Below, piece by piece: positions 56,333 through 64,000 of a stretch of DNA of 64,000 bases. Source of the DNA: Candidatus Kryptoniota bacterium (lineage in GTDB: Bacteria > Bacteroidota > Ignavibacteria > Kryptoniales > JAKASW01); NCBI GenBank assembly GCA_046705025.1, contig JBJKQU010000043.1:104961-168960 (forward strand). Reading direction: 5' to 3'. Each line of letters begins with the position of its first letter. Within the stretch, counting starts at the first letter, position 1. A model generated the notes under the pieces. That model was not told the DNA's origin and did not search any database. It worked only from the letters and a program-made list of their open reading frames with translations. The translations under genes and the position numbers were made by a program.

Positions 56333-58399
56333 ATGAAATTCGCCGGTATGTTTTCGAGGCTCATCCTGCTTGGGTTTCTTTTTGCCGCCGTGGGACAGAA
56401 TTCTAACGCAATGGCACAGGAGAAATCTGCAATGAAGAGAAGTCCAGCACTTGACCCCGCCAACATTGACCACAACGTTAAGCCATCTCAAAACTTCTAC
56501 CTCTTCGCAAACGGGAAGTGGCTGAAAAAGAATCCCATCCCGCCCGAATACAGCAGATGGGGAAGCTTTTCAGAGCTATATGATCGCAACATGAACATTC
56601 TTCACGAAATCGTCGAGAATGCAGCAGCGACAAAGTCTAAGAAAGAAGGAAGCGACCTACAGCTCGTGGGGGACTTCTATTCCAGTGGAATGGATTCGAG
56701 TGCGATCGAGAAAGAGGGTATTTCCCCGCTGAAACCTTACTTTGACGAGATTGATGCTATCAAAACCAAGAGCGAGCTCGAAGAGACGATAGCCAGGCTG
56801 CAGAGAATGGGTGTGAATATCCTGTTTTACTTCACTTCCGAACAGGATTTCAAGAACAGCGACCTGATGATAGCCGGCGTTCACCAGTCCGGACTGAGCC
56901 TGCCCGACCGCGACTATTACACCAACACCGACAAGCAATCAAAGGAGATCCTGAACGAGTACGGCAAATACGTAAAGAGGATGTTCTCAACGGTCGGTGA
57001 GAACTCGAAACAGGCTTCCGAAGACGCGCAGGTGGTGTTGAAGATAGAAAAACGCCTCGCAAAGGCATCCATGACCCGAGTGGAGCGCCGGAATCCGAAG
57101 GCCACCTACAACATGATGACCATAGGGAAGATCAATTCGATGACGCCGGGTTTCTCCTGGAACACGTACCTCCGGTATTTCAACATTGTGGACGTCAAGA
57201 AGATTAACGTCGGGCAGCCGAGATTCATCGCCGAAGCAGGAAAGATGCTGAACCAGGTCCGCCTGGACGACTGGAAGATTTACCTAAAATGGCACCTCCT
57301 AAACGCCATGGCACCGTATCTTAACGATAAGTTCGTTGCCGAACGCTTCAACTTCTACGGTAAGACGTTAACAGGTGCGAAGGTGCTGCAGCCCAGGTGG
57401 AAACGAGTCCTGGGAACCATAGACCGAGAGGTCGGTTTCCCTCTTGGGAAACTATATGTTCAGAAGCACTTTTCCCCGGAGGCAAAGGCCCGGGCCGAGG
57501 AGATGGTGCATAATCTTGAAGCCGCTTTCGCACACAGAATCAAGAACGTCGATTGGATGAGCGAGACCACGAAAAAGCAGGCACTCACAAAGCTGAAAGC
57601 CATCGTAAACAAGATCGGTTATCCCGACAAGTGGAAGAGCTACGCAGGGCTCGAGATTAATAGAGGCCCGTACGTGCTCAATGTCATTCGCTCAAACGAA
57701 TTCGACTTCAACTTCGAGGTAAGCAAGATTGGGAAGCCTGTCGACCGCAGCGAGTGGGGAATGACTCCCCCTACTGTCAATGCTTATTATGATCCGTCGA
57801 TGAATGAGATTGTATTTCCTGCCGGGATTCTGCAGCCCCCCTTCTTTAATCCTGCCGCTGACGACGCGGTCAATTACGGCGGCATGGGTGCCGTGATCGG
57901 ACATGAGATGACACACGGCTTCGACGACCAGGGGAGCCAGTTCGACGCGAAGGGAAATTTGAAGGACTGGTGGACAAAGCAAGATGCCGCAAACTTCAAG
58001 AAGAAAGCTGAGGTATTAGTCCATCAGTTCGATAGTTACGCTGTTGTCGACTCACTCCACATTAATGGAAATTTGACCGAAGGCGAAAACATTGCAGACC
58101 TTGGCGGGGTATCAATCGCTTACGAGGCGTTTGAGAACACGTTGAAGGGCAAAGCGCATCCGACCAGGATCGATGGTTTCACCCCGGAGCAAAGGTTCTT
58201 CCTCGCCTGGGCTCAAATGTGGCGGGAGAACGACACGCCACAGGCCCTCAGGCAGCGGCTCATCGTAGATCCGCACTCGCCAAATGTGTATCGCTGTAAC
58301 GGTCCCCTGTCCGACTTCCCCGCCTTCTATGAGGCGTTCGATGTCAAGCCGGGCGACCCGATGTACCGGCCAGACAGTGTAAGAGCGAAGATCTGGTAG
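56333..58399 (+). CDS. Secreted M13-family (neprilysin/PepO) metallopeptidase
   Basis: VNAYY, GHEMTHGFD (HExxH), ENIADLGG, DPHSP; signal peptide from ATG 56333. Confidence 0.96.
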   Translation: MKFAGMFSRLILLGFLFAAVGQNSNAMAQEKSAMKRSPALDPANIDHNVKPSQNFYLFANGKWLKKNPIPPEYSRWGSFSELYDRNMNILHEIVENAAATKSKKEGSDLQLVGDFYSSGMDSSAIEKEGISPLKPYFDEIDAIKTKSELEETIARLQRMGVNILFYFTSEQDFKNSDLMIAGVHQSGLSLPDRDYYTNTDKQSKEILNEYGKYVKRMFSTVGENSKQASEDAQVVLKIEKRLAKASMTRVERRNPKATYNMMTIGKINSMTPGFSWNTYLRYFNIVDVKKINVGQPRFIAEAGKMLNQVRLDDWKIYLKWHLLNAMAPYLNDKFVAERFNFYGKTLTGAKVLQPRWKRVLGTIDREVGFPLGKLYVQKHFSPEAKARAEEMVHNLEAAFAHRIKNVDWMSETTKKQALTKLKAIVNKIGYPDKWKSYAGLEINRGPYVLNVIRSNEFDFNFEVSKIGKPVDRSEWGMTPPTVNAYYDPSMNEIVFPAGILQPPFFNPAADDAVNYGGMGAVIGHEMTHGFDDQGSQFDAKGNLKDWWTKQDAANFKKKAEVLVHQFDSYAVVDSLHINGNLTEGENIADLGGVSIAYEAFENTLKGKAHPTRIDGFTPEQRFFLAWAQMWRENDTPQALRQRLIVDPHSPNVYRCNGPLSDFPAFYEAFDVKPGDPMYRPDSVRAKIW

Positions 58400-58793
58400 A
58401 TGTGCAAGAGCTATGCGGAGGCAACCACAGGCACCCTTCGCATGGCTCCCTTTAGCGGGCAACGTCGTTGTCCAGAGTGTGCTGCCTGCGGATGGCAGGT
58501 GGACGCCAATTGCAGGCGAATAAGTCTCAACATTGTCCATAAGGCTCAGCAAACCAAGGTGATGGGCCTCATCGACAAGCAGACATGTTGTCAGAATGAG
58601 GGAGTGAGTTCCAGTATTTCTCGGGGCAGCTTTGCACGCCTGAGACAGCGCATTTCCCCCTCGACTCTTGATTCTGCCGAGATTAGGATGTAGTTTTAAC
58701 CACATTTCAGGGAACAGGCTGTAGTTCATTACGAAGTTGACGAAGCACCAGTTAATTCGATAATGACGTCTTCAAGTTGAAGGGAATTATGTC

Positions 58794-59510
58794 ATGGGGA
58801 AAGCTGTATTTGGGATGCTCGTTGCGGCGGCATTGTTGTGGGGATGCTCACCGACCGACAGCGGCAACGGCACCGCGGATCATCCAACGCCAAACGCACA
58901 AATAATGGTCGCGTGCTACGCTACGGTCCAGACTCCCGCGCAGTCGGGGAGAGCGAGCTACACTGTTGACTGCATGTTTCTGAATCAGGATACAACAAAG
59001 AGCAATAGCGAATTCAATTCTGCGGCAGTGACAGTCAACGGGGTGACACTAGGACGATATTCAGACGGGGTCTTTGTCAATGTCGGCAGCATGGAGTTTA
59101 CTGAGGGTGATTCGCTAGAGTTTGTCATCAAACATCCGAAAATTGGCACTGTAAGGCAGGTCCTGCGTATACCTGAGTCCGTGCCCGACTACACCTTGGC
59201 GCCCGCTCTTCCGGCAAAAAATTTCGCCAATAGTGTCGGGAATTTTTTAGTCAAGTGGAGCGCGGTTGATGCTGATCTCTATTATGCACAGTTCGATTGC
59301 TATGACGCGCGAGAATTTTACATGGGCAACTACGGTTATTTCACGCCCACGGACAGCATGGCGGTTGTCGTGCAGGACAGCGTAGGCGACCCGTTTCCCT
59401 TTTTGGAAGTCAGGTTAATGTCGTTCAACTACGTACCCGTTGCTGGTTTTGCTCCCGGCTCCGGATTCTATGTGGGATGCGCGAATTACAAGGTGTACTC
59501 AAACTTGTGA
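58794..59510 (+). CDS. Hypothetical lipoprotein
   Basis: Lipobox LWGC after a hydrophobic stretch; beta-rich mature part. Confidence 0.78.
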   Translation: MGKAVFGMLVAAALLWGCSPTDSGNGTADHPTPNAQIMVACYATVQTPAQSGRASYTVDCMFLNQDTTKSNSEFNSAAVTVNGVTLGRYSDGVFVNVGSMEFTEGDSLEFVIKHPKIGTVRQVLRIPESVPDYTLAPALPAKNFANSVGNFLVKWSAVDADLYYAQFDCYDAREFYMGNYGYFTPTDSMAVVVQDSVGDPFPFLEVRLMSFNYVPVAGFAPGSGFYVGCANYKVYSNL

Positions 59511-59599
59511 GGAGCCTGGTCCGGAACAAACACAAGGCATAATTCCGCCCCGGCAGCTCCCCCGCTGCTCGAAGCTAGGACCCCGGGCTCGATAATCCT

Positions 59600-59676
59600 T
59601 CTTGCTCCCCGCCTCTCGTCTCCTGCCCCGGGTTTCGCGTTTCTGACCTCTGACTTCTTGTTTCTGAATCCCAGCT
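59600..59676. repeat. Degenerate heptamer tandem array (11 units, YCNNRNY)
   Basis: TCTTGCT CCCCGCC TCTCGTC TCCTGCC CCGGGTT TCGCGTT TCTGACC TCTGACT TCTTGTT TCTGAAT CCCAGCT. Confidence 0.6.
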
Positions 59677-59679
59677 TCC

Positions 59680-60675
59680 TTACTTCACCACTTCGCCAAC
59701 CACGAATGCCTTCTCCTTCGACTTCCTCAGGCTCGACAAGAGGCCATCAGCGTCCTTCGAAGAGACGACGATCACCAGCCCGACTCCCATATTCATGGCT
59801 CTCCTCGCATCGCCATCGGGTACACGTCCCAGCTGCTGTATAAGCCTAAAGATAGGCGGCACTTCCCAGTTCTCCCAGAAGATCTTGAACTTCCTCGGTG
59901 GTCGGATGACCCGAACCGTGTTGCCTTCGATCCCCCCGCCGGTTATGTGCGACATTCCGTGGACAGTGAATTTTTTCGTTGCAGCCTGCATCAGCCTCAG
60001 GTATGATCGGTGAGTTTTGAGCAGCGCTTCACCGAGGGTTCCGCCGAGCTCCTCCACGTAGCTGTCAACCTTGTATTTTGAAAGGAGAACCTTCCTTGCC
60101 AGGGAGTAGCCGTTAGTATGCAGCCCGGTGGAGGCCACGCCGATCAGAACATCTCCCTTCTTTACCTTCTTTCCATCGATGACCTTCGACCTGTCCACCA
60201 CCCCGACTATCGTCCCCGCCAGATCGTAGTCATTCTCAGAATAGACCCCGGGCATCTCTGCCGTCTCGCCACCGATCAAGGCAAGTCCATTCTGCTTGCA
60301 GGCTATAGACAAGCCCTCGACGACCTTGGCCGCAACATCTGCGTTCAGCTTGCCGCACGCAAAGTAGTCGAGAAAGAACAGTGGGACCGCTCCACCGACG
60401 CCGATATCGTTTACGCAATGGTTCACGAGGTCCTGACCTATCGTGTCATGTTTGCCGATCTCAACGGCTATCTTAACCTTGGTTCCGACTCCGTCGATGC
60501 TCGAAACCAGGATGGGGTCGCGGTAACCTGGGAACTTTCCGTTAAAAAACCCTCCGAAGAATCCTATGTCGGACAATACGTTCCGGTTGAAAGTCTGCCT
60601 GGCCAGAGGTTTTATTCTCCTCACCAGTCTATCCGCTTCGTCGATATTAACGCCGCTCTGTTTATAAGTTGTCAT
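59680..60675 (-). CDS. purM: Phosphoribosylformylglycinamidine cyclo-ligase
   Basis: TYKQSGVNI, DGVGTK, GGETAEMPG, GLHTNGYSL, HITGGG. Confidence 0.98.
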   Translation of the reverse strand: MTTYKQSGVNIDEADRLVRRIKPLARQTFNRNVLSDIGFFGGFFNGKFPGYRDPILVSSIDGVGTKVKIAVEIGKHDTIGQDLVNHCVNDIGVGGAVPLFFLDYFACGKLNADVAAKVVEGLSIACKQNGLALIGGETAEMPGVYSENDYDLAGTIVGVVDRSKVIDGKKVKKGDVLIGVASTGLHTNGYSLARKVLLSKYKVDSYVEELGGTLGEALLKTHRSYLRLMQAATKKFTVHGMSHITGGGIEGNTVRVIRPPRKFKIFWENWEVPPIFRLIQQLGRVPDGDARRAMNMGVGLVIVVSSKDADGLLSSLRKSKEKAFVVGEVVK

Positions 60676-60695
60676 ACTTCTGATTCTCGCCTGAT

Positions 60696-61781
60696 TCAGT
60701 TCAAGGACAGGAGTCCGTCTGCTGCAACGAATTTCATTGCGCCGACGATGTTCTTCGTTGACACATCGTCGCGCAAGACGACGCGCCCTATTCCGGTCGG
60801 CAGTACGAACCGTACCTTCCCCGCCTTCATTTTCTTATCATAACTCAAACGTTCCACCACCTCATCGACATTGACGGCCGTCCTCGACTGTCGGGCGATC
60901 TGTCTCACCATTTTCAGGATGCGTTCGAAGCTTGACGGACGGATGAGTTTCATGTGCATAGCTATGTGCGATTCCGCAACCAAACCGATGAGTACCGCTT
61001 CGCCGTGCTTGAAGGTCCCGTATCCGGTAGCGGCTTCTATCGCGTGGCCGATCGTGTGGCCCAGGTTAAGATGCGCGCGGATGCCCGCTTCGAGAACGTC
61101 CCTTTCCACATAGCGCTTTTTGGTGTCTACCGAGATTTTTATGGTCTTCTCCAACGTTTTTCTCTCCTTGTTCAGGAGCCTGGCAGTATTCTTTTCGACG
61201 AAGTCAAAGAAAGGCTCTCCCCTAAGGACTGCATATTTGGCTATTTCACCTAAGCCGCAAGTTAGCTCCTCTTTGGGAAGAGTATCCAGAAAACCGGTAT
61301 TCATGATCACCGAACTAGGCTGGTGGAACGCTCCGATAAGGTTCTTGCCCAGACTGTGATTCACCCCCACCTTTCCGCCTATGGAACTGTCGACCATTGC
61401 GAGAAGGGTGGTAGGAACATGGACATATTCTATTCCGCGCTGAAAGACCGATGCGACGAATCCGGCAAGATCGCCCGTAATGCCGCCGCCGATGGCAAAA
61501 AGGACTGAATCACGGCGGATATTTCTTTCGAGAAAGTAAGTGAGAATTTCCTCGACATGTCCTATATCCTTATTTCCTTCAGAGGCGGGGAATGTCGCTA
61601 TTACAACTCCGTCGATGTTCCCGATGTCCTTAATCAACCCCCTGTAAATATCAGCAACTCTGGAATCCACCACTACCGCAGCCTTGCCGGCTGAACCGAG
61701 CTGCGACAGCAGGAGCGAATCCGAATCTCCGATGTGGATAGGCACCCTCGATGAATTTACCCGGTAACTGAAAGTCTTCAT
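60696..61781 (-). CDS. aroB: 3-dehydroquinate synthase
   Basis: GGGITGDLAGF, PTTLLAMVDSSIGGK, LNLGHT, HGEAV, DKK. Confidence 0.97.
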   Translation of the reverse strand: MKTFSYRVNSSRVPIHIGDSDSLLLSQLGSAGKAAVVVDSRVADIYRGLIKDIGNIDGVVIATFPASEGNKDIGHVEEILTYFLERNIRRDSVLFAIGGGITGDLAGFVASVFQRGIEYVHVPTTLLAMVDSSIGGKVGVNHSLGKNLIGAFHQPSSVIMNTGFLDTLPKEELTCGLGEIAKYAVLRGEPFFDFVEKNTARLLNKERKTLEKTIKISVDTKKRYVERDVLEAGIRAHLNLGHTIGHAIEAATGYGTFKHGEAVLIGLVAESHIAMHMKLIRPSSFERILKMVRQIARQSRTAVNVDEVVERLSYDKKMKAGKVRFVLPTGIGRVVLRDDVSTKNIVGAMKFVAADGLLSLN

Positions 61782-62329
61782 ACGATTTTTCCCCGCAATT
61801 TTGCAACAATTTCCTCTACAGTCTCAGACACACTCATATTGGAAGTATTAACCACGATGCCTGCCTCAAGATAGTCTCTCTCACGTTCCCGGAGAAGTGA
61901 TCTAACTCTCACCGAAAGTTCGTCGTCCGTGAGCATATGTCCGTCTTCCGAAAGAAGCATCGGTCTGGTGTTTCGCGTCCTCACGCGTTTCACTATCTCA
62001 TCGGCATCGGATTTCAAATAGACAAGGATTCCGTTCTCTCGGACCAGGTCCCGATTGTCTTTAGAGGAGAGGGCTCCGCCGCCCAGTGCAAAAACCATAT
62101 ACTCGTCTCGCACGACAGTTTCTCGCAGTGTGCGTATTTCGACGTCACGGAAATATTGTTCGCCTTGTTTCTTGAAAATCTCGCGGATAGGCAAACGTTC
62201 CTTTTCTTCGATGACCTCGTCGATGTCTGTAAAGCCGTAGCGGATTCTTTGGGCAAGAAGCGGCCCGATCGTGCTCTTTCCGCTGCCCATAAATCCGGCA
62301 AGAAATACGCGTCGCTTCAGTTCATTCAC
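61778..62329 (-). CDS. aroK: Shikimate kinase
   Basis: GFMGSGKST, GEQYFR, LGGG, RPML. Confidence 0.96.
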   Translation of the reverse strand: MNELKRRVFLAGFMGSGKSTIGPLLAQRIRYGFTDIDEVIEEKERLPIREIFKKQGEQYFRDVEIRTLRETVVRDEYMVFALGGGALSSKDNRDLVRENGILVYLKSDADEIVKRVRTRNTRPMLLSEDGHMLTDDELSVRVRSLLRERERDYLEAGIVVNTSNMSVSETVEEIVAKLRGKIV

Positions 62330-63578
62330 CTCTACTCACCGGGCCTGAATATAACTGTCGAAGCCTAACTTGCAAAACAGTTTTTGGTGTCGCCTGTTCT
62401 ACCTCAAATTCGAAACCGCCGATCTTGAGTTTCGTTCCCACTCTGGGCACCGATTCGTGCAGACCTATCAACAGTGAAGAGACAGTATCCCCGGGTTCAA
62501 AGTCGAAATCGAATCCACCCACCTCTCCTGAAATCTCCTCGAGCCTGGCAGTGCCTTTGACCGCGAAGCTCTCATCGGAAAACTTCGTCACGAGTGTGCT
62601 TTCTCGCGGCATCTCCGCACTCGAGCCGAATATCTCGCGGACCACATCGGAGAGTGTCACGATGCCGGCCAGTCCGCCGAACTCGTCGACGACTACTGCT
62701 ATGTGGATCCTGTTTGCCCTGAAAGTCTCCAGAAGCCCTTCGAGGGACTGCGTCTCCGGTACGAACACGGGCTTGCGCATGAGTGTCCTGACGTCGAATT
62801 TTCGTTTGGCGATCTTCTTTCTCATCACGGGCAGGACATCGCGAGCGTACAGCATTCCCACAATGTTATCGGGAGCGTCGGAGTACACGGGCAGCCGCGA
62901 ACGCCCGCACTTGTTGAAAGTCTCGACCACAGCGTCGAACTTGCTCGAGTCCGGAAGGCTGACGATTTCTGTTCTAAGAGTCATCGTATCACGGACGTTC
63001 TTCTCCCCGAGAAATGAGATCTTGCCGAGCAGCTCCGCCTCGTTTTGCTCAATCACTCCCACGCTTCCGGCCACCTTCGACAGCGTTTTCAGCCCGCGGT
63101 TATCAATCGTCAATAGCGGCTTCCTCCTCTTTGCCGTTATTCTCGACAGAAAAGAATTGAGCGGGTAGACAATCGGGATTTCAACTACAAGAAGAAATGT
63201 AAGAAGCGGCAGGCAGATCGTGGCTACGAGTTTCGGGTTACGGGATGCCACAATCTTCGGAACTGAATCAGCAAAAAGAATCAGCAGCGAAGAGACAATC
63301 ACAACCTCGCCCGCGATGGCAAGCGTTTTATCAAAGGAGAACCGGACAGCAAGATCCAGTGCAAGCGAAGCTCCGATCAACGTGAACAGAAAAACGGCGA
63401 CCGAATTCGATACCAGAATTGTCGACAGTAGCAGCTGGGGAGCACCATAAACGCGCGACGAGATCCTTCCTTTGAGTTTTTCCCCTGAACTCGTGATCGA
63501 ATAGAGTGCTACCTCTGCCGCCGACAACGTAAACGCGAGAATGAGAAGTACGAATATGATTAGAATCTTGATTGCCAC
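62322..63578 (-). CDS. CNNM/DUF21-CBS-CorC (hemolysin/GldE-like) membrane protein
   Basis: SAAEVAL, VPK, SRLPVY, FVPE, VVDEFGG motifs and a C-terminal CorC-like domain. Confidence 0.92.
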   Translation of the reverse strand: MAIKILIIFVLLILAFTLSAAEVALYSITSSGEKLKGRISSRVYGAPQLLLSTILVSNSVAVFLFTLIGASLALDLAVRFSFDKTLAIAGEVVIVSSLLILFADSVPKIVASRNPKLVATICLPLLTFLLVVEIPIVYPLNSFLSRITAKRRKPLLTIDNRGLKTLSKVAGSVGVIEQNEAELLGKISFLGEKNVRDTMTLRTEIVSLPDSSKFDAVVETFNKCGRSRLPVYSDAPDNIVGMLYARDVLPVMRKKIAKRKFDVRTLMRKPVFVPETQSLEGLLETFRANRIHIAVVVDEFGGLAGIVTLSDVVREIFGSSAEMPRESTLVTKFSDESFAVKGTARLEEISGEVGGFDFDFEPGDTVSSLLIGLHESVPRVGTKLKIGGFEFEVEQATPKTVLQVRLRQLYSGPVSRGE

Positions 63579-63639
63579 TCTTTATAACAAATTGTATAAA
63601 AAAAAGGAAATTTCCACGATTTCTGACGGAAAAAATCTC

Positions 63640-64000
63640 ATCAGGTGCAGACAGGCACCCCAGCTCACTCACCTGCGCTGCGGTTTACTGCAAACCACCC
63701 GGGGCTAAAGCTGCCGGGTGGACCGGCCTGAATCGGGGGAGAGAACTACAGACAATTGCCGCTGCGAGAGAAAACCGGATTACCCGTTTGCTCTCGCCAG
63801 CAAACGCACGCTGCACGGGATGTTCAGAACTACGGAGCGAGCCTCCGTATCTCCCAATCCCCGCTACTGGTCATAGTGTAGAGAAGTCTGTCGTGTAGCC
63901 TGTTGGGCCTTCCCTGCCAGAACTCAAAGCTTTTCGGTTTAATCCTGATTCCCCCCCAGTTCCGGGGCCGCGGTACGTCGCTACCGGAAAAGCGCTTCTC
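63640..64000. ncRNA. Candidate structured non-coding RNA, unclassified, truncated by the window edge
   Basis: At least six back-to-back stems in about 360 nt and no protein-like ORF; no familiar RNA family motif recognised. Confidence 0.4.

Noticed and set aside
58400-58693. Cys-rich 97-aa ORF after the M13 peptidase
   Set aside because: No RBS, no coherent metal-binding motif or family resemblance; likely spurious.
63855-63915. CCCCGCTACTG and GGGAAGG resembling cobalamin riboswitch pieces
   Set aside because: The two pieces lie on opposite strands, and the AGGGAA and B12-box elements are missing.
1-64000. CRISPR arrays, cas genes, integrases, transposases, phage genes, rusticyanin
   Set aside because: No spaced direct repeats or corresponding protein motifs were seen in the window.

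Overview
Bacterial chromosomal segment. Gene order (hrcA-grpE-dnaJ; CNNM/GldE-aroK-aroB-purM), a Rhodothermus-type cytochrome c and E. coli-like -35/-10 promoters suggest an Ignavibacteria/Kryptonia-like FCB organism (inference). Most of the window is housekeeping: chaperones, coaD, uvrA, a nucleoside salvage/uptake operon, biotin carboxylase, mutS2, purM, aroBK. The standout is a ~13.6 kb respiratory cluster (35405-48981). It holds an Acidithiobacillus-like Cyc2 cytochrome-porin, a periplasmic cytochrome c, a Rieske plus cytochrome b-c-c fusion with an atypical PEWN Qo motif, and an A2-type heme-copper oxidase operon whose subunit I carries a 2-bp frameshift and whose Mg-site ligands are replaced in two subunits. 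Together these look like a co-located candidate Fe(II)-oxidation/electron-uptake chain. Other oddities: a tRNA-His lacking genomic G-1 with G1:U72/A73 (the alphaproteobacterial identity set); an AT-rich glycosidase islet behind that tRNA; several apparently leaderless genes; and an unexplained hairpin-dense non-coding region at the right edge. All calls come from reading the sequence and from recalled family motifs; no searches were run.
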